From NCBI GenBank assembly GCA_963775465.1, contig CAVZIW010000003.1, positions 1 to 64,000 of the forward strand: DNA of 64,000 nucleotides. The letters are read 5' to 3'. The notes beneath the pieces are model-generated. The model did no database searches. It was not told the DNA's origin and saw nothing but the letters and a program-made list of their open reading frames with translations. A program made the position numbers and the translations under genes. Shown here piece by piece: positions 1 to 10,652 of the stretch; the stretch's first letter is position 1, and each line of letters begins with the position of its first letter. The stretch is from Candidatus Bathyarchaeota archaeon. Its GTDB lineage: Archaea; Thermoproteota; Bathyarchaeia; Bathyarchaeales; Bathycorpusculaceae.

Positions 1-185
1 AACCTGTTTGTACCCTCACAAAAATAAGGGAAGAGAGAAGTAAATACTTTGCTTAAACTTAAAAATAGTACGGTATCAAGAGTCAGTTCTTTTTTTGGAA
101 ATTCAGCCTAAACTTAGTTCCTTTACCCCAATTTTGAAAGCATCATTTTCGACTTAAATCATTTTTATAGCTTTAAAATCTTAAG

Positions 186-1780
186 TTAGGTTTTGTCAAG
201 AGTTCTCTGCAGTGCTGCTACAACGTTTTGCTTGCCCATTGCCAAGAAGTACGGTCCTAGTCTTGGACCCTGTGGGGCACCCATCAAAACCTGATACAGC
301 ACCTTAAAGAACGCGCCTGGTTTTAAGTTGTTACTCTTAGCGGCGTTAAAGATGGCATTCTGTATTTTGTCAGGGGCATCTTCAGTTTGCAGTTGCGCAA
401 TTAATTCTCCGATCGCTTTCTTTTCTGTGCAAGAAAGAGCAACATGGGTTACTTTGATTTCTTCAAAGTCACGCGTCCAATTAATTGCATACTCCATTCG
501 CTGCAACAGTCCTGCATCGAGGGATTGATTTTTCTGGAGATAACCATAATCCTGCAGTTTTTCGGTGACGTATTCGTTTATGCATTCTTTGGGTGACATC
601 TTGACGAGAAATGCAATGAGGTTGTATGGGACATGAATGCTTGGTTTTGTTGGAGGTTTCATAACGTAGCAATATAGGAATAGTCCTTTGAGTTTGGTTG
701 CTTCGTTTTCGCTGACTTGTTTTTTGCCAAAATAAACATCTTCCAAATAGTCGAGTTCATTCATGTACACAGGAATATGGGAGCATTATTGTTCGTGTGC
801 CCACAAAACGTTTGAGCATAAGTAAGAGCAAAGATTGGGGGGACCCGTAATTAAACCAAACTTGGGGTGTGAAAACGTTTCCGGCTGACTTTGAAATTTT
901 CTTTCCACCTTTATCAAGAAACATCTCATATTTAGCATGTGATGGCGGCTCAAAAAGAAGGACCTCTCGACAAATACGGTCATTTATGCGCACAGAGTCG
1001 GCGATGTCTTTGCCATAAGCTTCAAACCTAATGTCAAGGGCTTTCCAACGGGCTGCAAATTCGCTTTTCAGGTGAGTTTGCCTTCACCGCTTTTTATATC
1101 TATTTCACCTTCGTTGCCGCAACAGCAATCAGTTTGCCTCGGATTTCAAGACCTTCACATTTGTAAGAAACTTTATCGGTTTTAGGGTAAACCTGTATGC
1201 CCTTGTAGTATAAAGGTGTCCACATTGTTCGCAGACTGCAAAGTAGGGTAAAACTTCAATATAGGTTTCTTGCCCTACTTATTCCTTAACTATTTCGCCT
1301 ACTTTTTTGGCGTTTGTCAGTATGGTTCGAATTTCGTTTAGAAGGATCCCTTTCTCGTAGACTACTTGGCAGAAAAATACTTGTATTCAATGCCACATTT
1401 ATCCAGCGCATCAAGCAGAAGCGAACTCATATGCTTGCCGTAGCTGTCGTGGCAGCCAAACGGGTCAGGTATCTTGGAAACAGATTACCCAAGATACTTT
1501 TCCCAGGTCTTGATAGCCCAGCTGGAACCTTCGTAAGCCGTCTTTGTCATCACAGAAGGCTATTAGTTCAGAATTGTATTTTAGGTTTTTGAGAGCCAAA
1601 GTGACGGAGTAGCTCGTGATGCATCTCCTAGGCTACCGATATGGGGAAAACCTGAAACGCCTCAGACCCATACTCAGTGCGAAGTCTACTCATGTCTCGA
1701 TTTAGTTTTTTTTCTCTTCCGATCACTTTCTTAGCCATTAAGTCATACCATGTACCGTGACCGATCGTTCTTTCGCTCAT
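186..1780 (-). pseudogene. lysS: Class I lysyl-tRNA synthetase, reading frame broken by several indels (probably sequence/assembly error)
   Basis: Manual translation from ATG at 1780 gives MSERTIGHGTWYDLMAKK, then PHIGSLGD and FCDDKDGLR in shifting frames. ORF 757-993 carries KISKSAGN. ORF 186-770 carries the C-terminal QGPRLGP of the LysRS-I anticodon-binding domain. Confidence 0.9.
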
Positions 1781-1846
1781 AACTGCCATCCCCATCATGA
1801 CTGTGCAAGGGGATAAAAAAATGTTTAGAGCTAAAAAGCGCAGAGG

Positions 1847-2185
1847 TTATTTTTTTCTTAATGCAGCCGTGATTGCGAGTACTGCGATCGCGAGCAAGAT
1901 TACGACCAGCGAATACAGCCAACCGAAGCGACTGACGTACCATGCTCCACCAAGCGCAATCAAGGCAAAGCCAATTCCAATTGTACTATAGGTTCCTCGT
2001 TCGTACTTCTGGGGTTTGCTCGCTCTAATTCCTGCCAATGCTATTGCCCAGCAGCCACAAAGTATCAGAACAACTGGAACAAAAAGGTTCCAGGTGATGA
2101 GTCCTGCAAGCACTAGCACTATTCCTAACACGATGATGACGAGGAACACGCCAAAGCTAAGCAGTTGACGGTCACTATCACTCAT
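1847..2185 (-). CDS. Small 4-TM membrane protein, last gene of the SPFH cluster
   Basis: Four hydrophobic segments; starts 12 bp after the SPFH gene. Confidence 0.75.
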   Translation of the reverse strand: MSDSDRQLLSFGVFLVIIVLGIVLVLAGLITWNLFVPVVLILCGCWAIALAGIRASKPQKYERGTYSTIGIGFALIALGGAWYVSRFGWLYSLVVILLAIAVLAITAALRKK

Positions 2186-2197
2186 GTAGGGTACCTC

Positions 2198-3178
2198 TTA
2201 GCTTCCGATTTTGAAGCCGCATTCTGGACAGAATTTACTATTAGCTGGGATGGATTTACCGCAGTTAGGACATGTCATTGCCCCTTGAGATGGGGGGGTT
2301 AGGTTTGTTCCGCAGTTAGGGCAGAATTTGCTTGTAGCGGGAACTTTTTCCCCGCATTTAGGACAGATAACAAGTGCTGCTGCTGGAGCTGCTTGCTGTT
2401 GTCCTGTAGGTGTCATAATTTGTGGGATAAGCACCATGCCAGCACCTAAGGCTCCCGAACCACCTCCTTGTCCGAGGCTTGCCGCTGCACTCTTAACTGT
2501 TTCCATGCGTAGTACGTCACTGGGTGCAGTTTGTCCAGTCTTGAGCCAGAATAAGCGTTCTCGGTATTCAGGTGTTGTGTCGATGCCTTCGAAGCGAAGA
2601 TCAGTTAGTTCAATACCGACTCTTTTAAAGTAATCTATTAGTGAGTTTTTGACGATCACTGAAGTTTCGTCTAGACGTGTGAAGACTGTTATGAGGTCGT
2701 AGTGGCTTAGTTCATCGATAATTTTTTCGTTTAGGAAGCCGCGTAGAAAATCGTTAACCGCTGGAGTGTCATATGCACTTTGTCCGCCGACGACTTCGTT
2801 GACGAAGAGTGATGCATCCCCGACTTTGAACCAGAATTGCCCGTATACTTGGAGGGGAGCAAGTTCGGTGGTTTGTGCTTTTGTTCCCCATTTGCCAGCG
2901 AACACTTTTGTGCTGATGAATAGTACAGTTGCTTTGAAGGGTTTATTTCCGCCAAAGCCTGCTAACCTGGTCAACAGGCTGGTGAGGATGGGTAAATTCA
3001 AGGTTGTTAGGGTATGTCTGCCTGGACCAAAGACGTCGTAGGCTTTTCCATCGCGGAAGAATACTGCCATCTCATATTCGTGAACTATGAGCTGCGCTCC
3101 CCAAGTGATATCCTCGTTTGGGTATCGCCAGACTATCGCGTCAGGTCCAACATTTGTCCATTCTATGATTTGTGGCAT
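2198..3178 (-). CDS. SPFH (Band 7) domain protein with C-terminal double zinc ribbons (YdjI-like)
   Basis: IVWRYP...GAQLIVHE...AVFFRDGK...FGPGRHTLTT N-terminus; four CPxC motifs at the C-terminus. Confidence 0.85.
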   Translation of the reverse strand: MPQIIEWTNVGPDAIVWRYPNEDITWGAQLIVHEYEMAVFFRDGKAYDVFGPGRHTLTTLNLPILTSLLTRLAGFGGNKPFKATVLFISTKVFAGKWGTKAQTTELAPLQVYGQFWFKVGDASLFVNEVVGGQSAYDTPAVNDFLRGFLNEKIIDELSHYDLITVFTRLDETSVIVKNSLIDYFKRVGIELTDLRFEGIDTTPEYRERLFWLKTGQTAPSDVLRMETVKSAAASLGQGGGSGALGAGMVLIPQIMTPTGQQQAAPAAALVICPKCGEKVPATSKFCPNCGTNLTPPSQGAMTCPNCGKSIPANSKFCPECGFKIGS

Positions 3179-3717
3179 TATTGTGTCACTCCTAAGATTA
3201 CTTGTTCACGTTTGTCAAAGGTGTCTTCGAGCAATTCAAGCTTGTCTGCTATAGCTTGGATTTTATCCTTGAGGTTTGTGTAGTTACCGCTTACCAAATG
3301 TGTTTTTTGCTCTTCGATGGCTGCCGTTAAAGCGTCAACTTCATCGAGGAGATTATTATCAAAGGTTATCATTCGGTCAAGGTTCTCTTCCTTGATTTTA
3401 ACTATGTCATAGAAGCCTGCGTATCCATACGAGGCATGGTTTACTTTTTCGGTAATACGATCCATCTTTGCATTTAACCTATCAATGTTTGCTAAAACGT
3501 CGAGATAACGTTTGTCAGCAATTCTCTGAGCGATGCTTCGCACATTCTCTTTATCCTTGGAGAGTTTAAGAGTTAGGTTATTCCTAATCAGTTTGTCTGA
3601 TTCGCGGCGAAGTTCCTTTTCTTTGTATCCACGAAATCCCGGAAGCGACGCTGCTATACGTTCTGAAAGCCGCATTTGTTTTTTTGCTTGGGCATAAACA
3701 TCCTTATTTTCGCTCAT
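3178..3717 (-). CDS. Conserved alpha-helical hypothetical protein
   Basis: 179 aa, charged and helical; PGFRGYKEKELRRESDK motif; stop overlaps the SPFH start. Confidence 0.75.
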   Translation of the reverse strand: MSENKDVYAQAKKQMRLSERIAASLPGFRGYKEKELRRESDKLIRNNLTLKLSKDKENVRSIAQRIADKRYLDVLANIDRLNAKMDRITEKVNHASYGYAGFYDIVKIKEENLDRMITFDNNLLDEVDALTAAIEEQKTHLVSGNYTNLKDKIQAIADKLELLEDTFDKREQVILGVTQ

Positions 3718-3786
3718 TTCCTAAATCCTCCAATATTTATATGCCGATATAAAAAAGAGCTTGCTCTTAAAGCTTTTTAAATCACA

Positions 3787-4533
3787 TTAGAACTTGGAAG
3801 AGGGTATATCACCCTTCAAAACCATACCTGAAGCACCATCAACAATCATCTGGTATAGGTTATTCTTATATTCGTACTTTATGAACCAGATCGGTGAATG
3901 CAAATAAACCATCTGCTTAAGATTAGTTACTGTTGTAGCTTCGATGACTTTATCGATATCTTGCTGGATAATAAAACGATGATGTGAATCAATCTGTTGA
4001 CGAGCGATCTCTAAAGCTTGATCACGGTCGATTTCGCTGTTTAGCAACTTGGCAAAGCCTTCGATCTTTCGAAAATCATAGGGAATTTTACCAGCCAAAG
4101 GAACATCGTATTCTCGTGTGGGAAAAACTGTTGCGCTTCTTCCTAGGACTAACCAATTATATTCTTTCTGGATTTGACCCTCCTTTACAATCGGAGGAGA
4201 AATGCGTTCGAAAATACCTTTGTACTTTGTTGTTGCTTCAGCCATCACTACCCAAAAAGGCAAATAAATCAGGTTTTTCTCAGTTATCTTGGACTTTTTC
4301 GCCAAATCTCCAGGTTTCATAAAACCCGAACGCATCCAATTGCGTGCCAAATCTTCAATCTGCTCAGGGGTGTAATTGTTTAATAGAAGAGAGTGTTCAA
4401 AGTTGAAAGCTTGACCAGTTTGGATTACGGTTGTGAAGCCACAATATTTGCAGGTCGCTATAATTTCGCCTGGCTTAAATTCTACAGGAGCTCCACAGTG
4501 AGAGCAGCGTATATTTTGAGCTAAAACCGACAT
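3787..4533 (-). CDS. Zinc-ribbon protein (YdjG-like)
   Basis: CSHCGA...CKYCG N-terminus; YLPFW and PIWFIKYEY...VDGASG motifs. Confidence 0.75.
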   Translation of the reverse strand: MSVLAQNIRCSHCGAPVEFKPGEIIATCKYCGFTTVIQTGQAFNFEHSLLLNNYTPEQIEDLARNWMRSGFMKPGDLAKKSKITEKNLIYLPFWVVMAEATTKYKGIFERISPPIVKEGQIQKEYNWLVLGRSATVFPTREYDVPLAGKIPYDFRKIEGFAKLLNSEIDRDQALEIARQQIDSHHRFIIQQDIDKVIEATTVTNLKQMVYLHSPIWFIKYEYKNNLYQMIVDGASGMVLKGDIPSSKF

Positions 4534-4536
4534 AGT

Positions 4537-5922
4537 CTATTTTGCCTTCGGTTTTTCTCGTTTAAGGATTTCTCTTGCAACTATAACTCCTGACGCGGAT
4601 GCTTGGATTAGACCACGTGTGACACCTGCGCCATCACCTATAGTGAACATATTATGGATTTTGGATTCCAAAGCATTGCTTAATTGCAGGTGAGAGCTGT
4701 AGAATTTTACTTCGACACCGTAGAGCAAGGTTTCAGGTGAAGAAACGCCGGGCGCAATTTTGTCCATTGCTTGTAGCATTTCTCGTATATCTGCTAAATA
4801 GCGATAGGGTAAAACGAAGCTTAAGTCCCCTGGTGTTGCGTTTTTAAGGGTAGGTGTAACTACGCTGTGAGATATGCGTTCAGGTGTAGACCGCCTCCCA
4901 TGTTCCAGGTCGCCTAGACGTTGAACCATTACGCCACCGCTCAATAAGTTAGATAGCCTTGCTACATACTTACCATAGGCAACAGGTTCCTTGAAGGGTT
5001 CTGTAAATGAGGTACTCACTAGGATGGCAAAGTTAGTATTGGGTGTTCTTGTTTCTGCATGGCTTCCACCATTAACGGTTAAGACGCCATCATATGATTC
5101 AGTGGTAACTTCGCCGTAAGGAGAAACACAGAACGTTCGCACTTGGTCATCGAACTGTTTTGAGAAATACACAAGTTTTGGCTCATATAGGGCTTTAGTG
5201 AGGTTTTCCATAACTGAAGCTAAAAGCTCCACACGAACACCAATATCAACGGGATTGTTTACTGTTTTTAATCCATGTATCTGAGATTCGGTCTGAAGCC
5301 ACTCAGCGCCGCTTCTTCCTGGAGAAAGAATTACGTATTTGCCTAAGATTTTTTCACCGTTTACCGTTTCTACTCCTTGAATGACTTGGTTATCGACGAT
5401 GAGCCCTTTAACCTCAGTTTTTGGTTGAAAAGTGATTTTACTGTTAAGGTATTTGCGCATACGTTGCAGAGTTTCAAGGCATTTGTCAGTTCCCATATGA
5501 CGAACTTCTTGCTTGATTAGCTTCAAGCCTGCGAGGGAAGCTTTTCGTTCGATTTCATCTATTTCTACGCTTTCTCCGCCGAAGACTTGCTCACTGGCAC
5601 CGAATTTAATGTAGATGCCATCACAATACTTTACTAGCTCAGCTAATTCTTTGTTGGAAACGTATTGGTTTAGCCAGCCGCCAACTTCTGTTGATAGCGT
5701 AAGTTTACCGTCACTATAGGCACCTGCACCGCCCCAGCCTGAAAGAACAGAACATGGTTCGCAATGTACACATTCAAAGCCTCGACTAGAGGGGCACTTG
5801 CGTTTTTCAATGTCTGGTCCTCGGTCAAGTATGAGAACGTTTAGGTTTGTGTTTTCTGTTAGTTCTAGCGCTGAGAAGATGCCAGCTGGACCTGCGCCCA
5901 CAATTATTATGTCATATTTCAA
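4537..5922 (-). CDS. FAD-dependent oxidoreductase (COG2509-type)
   Basis: YDIIIVGAGPAG Rossmann motif; GWGGAGAYSDGKL; IGDGAGVTRGL. Likely TTG start at 5922. Confidence 0.85.
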   Translation of the reverse strand: MKYDIIIVGAGPAGIFSALELTENTNLNVLILDRGPDIEKRKCPSSRGFECVHCEPCSVLSGWGGAGAYSDGKLTLSTEVGGWLNQYVSNKELAELVKYCDGIYIKFGASEQVFGGESVEIDEIERKASLAGLKLIKQEVRHMGTDKCLETLQRMRKYLNSKITFQPKTEVKGLIVDNQVIQGVETVNGEKILGKYVILSPGRSGAEWLQTESQIHGLKTVNNPVDIGVRVELLASVMENLTKALYEPKLVYFSKQFDDQVRTFCVSPYGEVTTESYDGVLTVNGGSHAETRTPNTNFAILVSTSFTEPFKEPVAYGKYVARLSNLLSGGVMVQRLGDLEHGRRSTPERISHSVVTPTLKNATPGDLSFVLPYRYLADIREMLQAMDKIAPGVSSPETLLYGVEVKFYSSHLQLSNALESKIHNMFTIGDGAGVTRGLIQASASGVIVAREILKREKPKAK

Positions 5923-6080
5923 GGAACAGTCTCTCCTTGGAACCCGAAAATACATGTAACAGGTGCCATATATTTGTTAGTGCCGGTTAGCTTGTGCAAA
6001 TTTTCGCAGCAGATGTGTATTTTTACGATATATCTAATAAACATTTAATATATCAAAACACCACATGAAACAAGAACAAC

Positions 6081-6539
6081 ATGGCAAACAAAGGAATGGA
6101 TGGAATAATCAGCGATTTTTCACGGTTCTACATACTAACGATACTCTATGAAGGTCCAACCCACGGTTACAGTATCATTAATCAGTTCAAGAAGCGCGTT
6201 AAAAAAGAAGTCAGCCCAAGCTTAGTCTATCCTTTCTTGCAGCAACTCGAAGGAAAAGGCTTAGTTAAACATACAACAAAACCCATCGGTGAGAAAGAAC
6301 GGAAAATCTTTGAATTAACAGAAGAAGGAAGAAAACTATGCACTCAACTTTTCAAGCGTTTTGCCGAATTGATCTCAATAGCGATCGAGCCCAGTTTGTT
6401 CATCTGTGCTCATTGCGGATGCAAAGTCTACGAGGGCGCCTACCGAGAAGTCATTAATGGTGAAGAAACTGCCTTTTGCTGCATGCATTGCGCACGCTCA
6501 TATAAGGAAGAAAAAGGATTTCTCAAAACAACAAAGTAA
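6081..6539 (+). CDS. PadR-family regulator with C-terminal Cys-rich (TRASH-like) metal-binding domain
   Basis: PTHGYSII...VYPFLQQLE..G...LTEEGR, followed by CAHCGC...FCCMHCA. Confidence 0.85.
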   Translation: MANKGMDGIISDFSRFYILTILYEGPTHGYSIINQFKKRVKKEVSPSLVYPFLQQLEGKGLVKHTTKPIGEKERKIFELTEEGRKLCTQLFKRFAELISIAIEPSLFICAHCGCKVYEGAYREVINGEETAFCCMHCARSYKEEKGFLKTTK

Positions 6540-6547
6540 AATTTAAC

Positions 6548-6853
6548 TTAAGAAAAGAAAGTTTCTTGGTTAGTCTTTACTTTTATGGCTTCAATGAAGC
6601 TCATAACGTTCCAAAGCTTGACTCGCGTATACGGAGGCATATTGGGGTCTTGAAGAATTTCATCTAAGAGTGCAACAGCATTTGAAGCGCGTACAGCAGC
6701 CGTGTACTCACCGCTTTGCAAGGTACTCATTGCGTCTTTGGCGCTACGTCGAATGTTTCGAGGAGTGGTGCTGTCTTCAGAGACTTCTCCAAGCACTACC
6801 AACGCTTGCTTAATTTTTGCTTCGTACTCTTCAGCTTTCTTTTTGCGCACCAT
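6548..6853 (-). CDS. UPF0147 family protein
   Basis: DSTTPRNIRRSA...LDEILQDPNMPPYTR signature. Confidence 0.85.
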   Translation of the reverse strand: MVRKKKAEEYEAKIKQALVVLGEVSEDSTTPRNIRRSAKDAMSTLQSGEYTAAVRASNAVALLDEILQDPNMPPYTRVKLWNVMSFIEAIKVKTNQETFFS

Positions 6854-6929
6854 AAATAGTTCCCCTTTATTTACTTTGGTTTAATCAAGTTATATAAGCA
6901 TTGAGACGTATTTACTTTGGGGTCTTTAA

Positions 6930-7295
6930 ATGCAAACGAAATCCCAAAACTCATTTATCAAACGCGGAGCAGAACTACTGCGGCAAGGAGCCACCCTAAC
7001 CGACTTATCTTGCCCGGAGTGCGCATCACCGCTTTTTAGACTGCATGATGGAACAATTTGGTGCGTCAAAGACGAGAAAAAAGTGGTTGTCATCAAGGAA
7101 GGACAAGAACTACCTAAACAAGCCGTAGTCGCTAGCTCAGCTTACGACAAGCTTGAAGCCACACTTATGGTAAAGGTAGAAGACCTTCAAAGAAAAATCG
7201 AGAAAACCCAAGACATAGAAGAACTGCAAAAACTTACCCTTGCACTATCAGAGTTATTAAATAGTCTAGAAAAAATTAAAAAAATGAAGATTTGA
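6930..7295 (+). CDS. UPF0148 / autoantigen p27-like Zn-finger protein
   Basis: AELLRQGATL..LSCPECASPLF signature. Confidence 0.8.
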   Translation: MQTKSQNSFIKRGAELLRQGATLTDLSCPECASPLFRLHDGTIWCVKDEKKVVVIKEGQELPKQAVVASSAYDKLEATLMVKVEDLQRKIEKTQDIEELQKLTLALSELLNSLEKIKKMKI

Positions 7296-7822
7296 GCACG
7301 AGCATTTTGACTTTAGGCTATTATGAAAATTTTCCTCAAAATATACACAAATTCGAGACTTTCAGCTCAACGCTTTCAACAAAGCAACTGCAAAAGAACT
7401 TAATCCAGCTCTTACATGATGTCAACCGAAAAGAGCTAAGTTTTGAACAAGTCGCCTACCCAACTATTCCTGAAGGTATAGTGATCTTTGAGTTTGGTTT
7501 AGCGGAGAATGAGAATTTCAGCTTTATCGATGAAGAAGAACTTCAAAAAACACTAAAGGTACTGGGTAAGAATCGATTAGGTTTGCTGGATTTTTTTTGT
7601 GTCATAAGATACTACAAATGTAAGGAGAATAAAAAGAAGTCATTAAAGTTTGATTATTACTTGCTTCGAACCATCTTTGGAAAGGGCACTCTTGAGGTTC
7701 ATGTCTTTCATGAACGGGGACCAAGATACATTTCGCCCCAAGATTTGGTTGATTTCTTACAATGCAAGCTAAATGAGAATAAAATAAAGAAAGTTTTGAA
7801 GAAAAATATTCTACAAGATTAA
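7292..7822 (+). CDS. Hypothetical protein
   Basis: 176 aa ORF overlapping the upstream stop by 4 bp. Confidence 0.65.
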   Translation: MSTSILTLGYYENFPQNIHKFETFSSTLSTKQLQKNLIQLLHDVNRKELSFEQVAYPTIPEGIVIFEFGLAENENFSFIDEEELQKTLKVLGKNRLGLLDFFCVIRYYKCKENKKKSLKFDYYLLRTIFGKGTLEVHVFHERGPRYISPQDLVDFLQCKLNENKIKKVLKKNILQD

Positions 7823-7915
7823 ACCCTAATAGCCTTCCGAAAGTTATATTTTCTCCTAGTTTGTACGTAAAACAAACATAAAATTACCAAAAAATAAAGC
7901 CAGAGGCAAAATCAA

Positions 7916-8872
7916 ATGTTACCAATTGAAGTTACATCGCTTAAAAAATATTACGGAGACCTCAAAGCCGTAGATGGAGTTTCTTTTTCCGTTAACAAAG
8001 GAGAAGTCTTTGGACTTTTAGGTCCTAACGGCGCAGGTAAAACTACCACTATCGAAGTTATGGAAGGATTACGTGAAAGAACTTCGGGTGAGGTCAAAAT
8101 CTTAGGATTGGATCCTTGGAAAAGTGGTTACGAGCTGCACAAAAAAATCGGGGTTATTCCACAGGAATTTACTTTTTTTGAAAAAACCTCGCCAAGAGAG
8201 GCTATAAACTATTATGCTAACCTCTTCAACGTGAAGGTTGACGCTGATGAAATTCTCAAAGAGGTCTTACTTGAAGATATGGCCAAACAAAATTTTGAAA
8301 ACCTCTCCGGTGGGCAAAAACAGAAAACTGGTCTTGCACTTTCATTGGTAAACTCGCCTGAACTGCTCTTTTTGGATGAACCAACCACGGGTTTAGATCC
8401 AAATGCAAGACGAGCTATCTGGGAAGTTATACGTGGTTTAAAAGCAAAAGGCAAAACAATCATCTTAACTACCCACTACTTAGATGAAGCGCAACAACTT
8501 TCAGATCGAGTGGCAATTATGGATCATGGACGCATCGTTGCGATGGGAACCACTGAAGAAATCATCCAAAAACACGGCTCAGGTGAACGTCTGGAGATTC
8601 ATGGAAGCGAAAAACTTGCCGAATATATCCGAGGCAACTCAGAACTAGAAGTTCAATACAACAATAAAGGAGAGATTATCATCCCGCTGAAGAAGAAAAT
8701 TGACGCATTGGCGGCGCTAGCCGCAGCGGAGCAGTCAGGATTAGAGTGGGGAGAAATCCAAACGCGTCAAGACAGTCTTGATGATGTGTTTGTAAAGTTA
8801 GTCACCGAACCTATTGACGAGCAAGGTGACATGGAATTAACAAAAGGAACCAACAAGAAGAAGAGGCGCTAA
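7916..8872 (+). CDS. ABC-2 type exporter, ATP-binding subunit
   Basis: GPNGAGKTT, LSGGQ, LDEPTTGLD, TTH. Confidence 0.95.
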   Translation: MLPIEVTSLKKYYGDLKAVDGVSFSVNKGEVFGLLGPNGAGKTTTIEVMEGLRERTSGEVKILGLDPWKSGYELHKKIGVIPQEFTFFEKTSPREAINYYANLFNVKVDADEILKEVLLEDMAKQNFENLSGGQKQKTGLALSLVNSPELLFLDEPTTGLDPNARRAIWEVIRGLKAKGKTIILTTHYLDEAQQLSDRVAIMDHGRIVAMGTTEEIIQKHGSGERLEIHGSEKLAEYIRGNSELEVQYNNKGEIIIPLKKKIDALAALAAAEQSGLEWGEIQTRQDSLDDVFVKLVTEPIDEQGDMELTKGTNKKKRR

Positions 8873-8874
8873 AG

Positions 8875-9981
8875 ATGGTAAGTGGAAAACGTATTTACGC
8901 AGATTTCAAAGTTTTCAGCATTGGATACTTAAGGAATAAATTTGGGTTGTTCTTTGGCTTAGTCTTTCCTGTTATCTTGATTTTGATTTTCGGAGCAATT
9001 TTTTCTGGCGGCGGCTCTGGAACTGTAAACGTATATGCCCAAAACCAGGATGATGGAGCATTCGGGCAAAACATTGGTTCTCAATTTCTATCTGCATTAA
9101 ATGAATCCGCAACCATCAAAGTAATCACAGTTAACGCTTCCGAAAACTTTGCAGATTACCTTAAGGCGCATTCAGCTTCTGACGGCATTGTTATTCCTCA
9201 AAACTTCTCTGCAGAATACCTTGCAGGACAACAAGTAAACGTTACAGTTTATGGTAATCCAGCATCTAGCACCAGCGGAATAGTTGGAGGAACAGTGAGC
9301 GGGTACGCAAACTACTTCAATCTGCAAAGATTTAACGGCAGCATCGTAGTTGGATTGACTTCAGCAAGTGTAAGCACGGAGCAAAAAACATATGTTGATT
9401 ACTTGATTCCTGGCTTAATTGGCTTTTCGATCCTAACCAGTCCCATGTTTTCACTAGTCAACATATCCTCAGAATACAAAAAAACTAAACTCTTCAAACA
9501 ACTTTCCCTAACTCCACTAACAAAGATGGAGTGGTTAATCTCAAAAGTAATATGGTACATTGTCCTAACAATTGCCGGTTTCTTGTTAATGGTGGGCGTT
9601 GGAGTCTTTGGTTTCGGGGCACATGTTACCATATCAGCTTGGCTAATACCCTTTTTAGTTTTAGGTCCCATGCTTTTCGCTGCACTCGGTATGTTAGTTG
9701 GCACAGTTACTAAGAACCCCGAAACTGCAGGCGTTATAGGCAACATAGTTACCTTCCCGATGATGTTTTTGGCAGGCACATTCTTTCCAATCTCAAGTAT
9801 GCCCGCTTACCTACAAAGCGTCGCTCATGTACTGCCTCTATTCTATGTCACAGAAGGCTTGAACAACGTTATGGTCTTTGGAAACATTAGCGGAGCAGTA
9901 ATTGACATTGCGATCCTTGGAATTATAACGATCGTCATCTTTGCTTTGGCAGTAAAGTTGTTTAAATGGAGAGAAGACTAA
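8875..9981 (+). CDS. ABC-2 type exporter, permease
   Basis: 1+5 TM pattern with extracellular loop; FLAGTFFP motif. Confidence 0.9.
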   Translation: MVSGKRIYADFKVFSIGYLRNKFGLFFGLVFPVILILIFGAIFSGGGSGTVNVYAQNQDDGAFGQNIGSQFLSALNESATIKVITVNASENFADYLKAHSASDGIVIPQNFSAEYLAGQQVNVTVYGNPASSTSGIVGGTVSGYANYFNLQRFNGSIVVGLTSASVSTEQKTYVDYLIPGLIGFSILTSPMFSLVNISSEYKKTKLFKQLSLTPLTKMEWLISKVIWYIVLTIAGFLLMVGVGVFGFGAHVTISAWLIPFLVLGPMLFAALGMLVGTVTKNPETAGVIGNIVTFPMMFLAGTFFPISSMPAYLQSVAHVLPLFYVTEGLNNVMVFGNISGAVIDIAILGIITIVIFALAVKLFKWRED

Positions 9982-10040
9982 TTCCCCAACTTTCTTTTTT
10001 CTTTTAAGAATAACTAAGAAGCAAATATCTGAGAAATTCA

Positions 10041-10652
10041 TTAAGGCAAAAAATCTTTGCAATTTTTAAGCAAACCTAAAACTACAGCATGCAATTCTTC
10101 TGCAACAACTTCTCTGGGTCTGTCGCCGTTAATTCTGACTAATTCAGACGCATCTACAAATTTCAGATAGACTTCTCTAACCTTTCGTTGAGTATTCAAG
10201 GTTTCCATTACAGATTTTTTTCTCCGCAACCTAGACAGTACCAGTTCAGGTGGGCAGTCAATGAATACACTAAAATCAGGTTGCAATGCGCGGGCATTGA
10301 TAGTTTTAATCCAATCCAAACTTAGTCCAGCGCTGCCTTGATATGCTAAAGATGAGTAAACGTAGCGGTCACAAATGACTATTTTTCCTTCATCCAAAGC
10401 AGGTTTTAGTTCGGTTTGCATATGTTCGATTCGATCAGCTGCAAAAAGTAAAGCTTCAGCTTCAGTTGGAAGTCGTTTGTTCTCGTAGAGGCAACCTTCG
10501 CGAATAAAAGTACCTATTTTTCCTCTACTAGGTTCAGCAGTGAGTATAACATTGTAGTTCTTGGATAGTTTTTTGGCGAGAAGTCCCGCTTGAGTAGTCT
10601 TGCCACTTCCATCTAAACCTTCAACTACAATGAAAATGCCTTTTTTTCCCAT
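10041..10652 (-). CDS. tmk: Thymidylate kinase
   Basis: EGLDGSGKTTQ, LFAADR, CDRYVYSSLAYQG. Confidence 0.95.
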   Translation of the reverse strand: MGKKGIFIVVEGLDGSGKTTQAGLLAKKLSKNYNVILTAEPSRGKIGTFIREGCLYENKRLPTEAEALLFAADRIEHMQTELKPALDEGKIVICDRYVYSSLAYQGSAGLSLDWIKTINARALQPDFSVFIDCPPELVLSRLRRKKSVMETLNTQRKVREVYLKFVDASELVRINGDRPREVVAEELHAVVLGLLKNCKDFLP

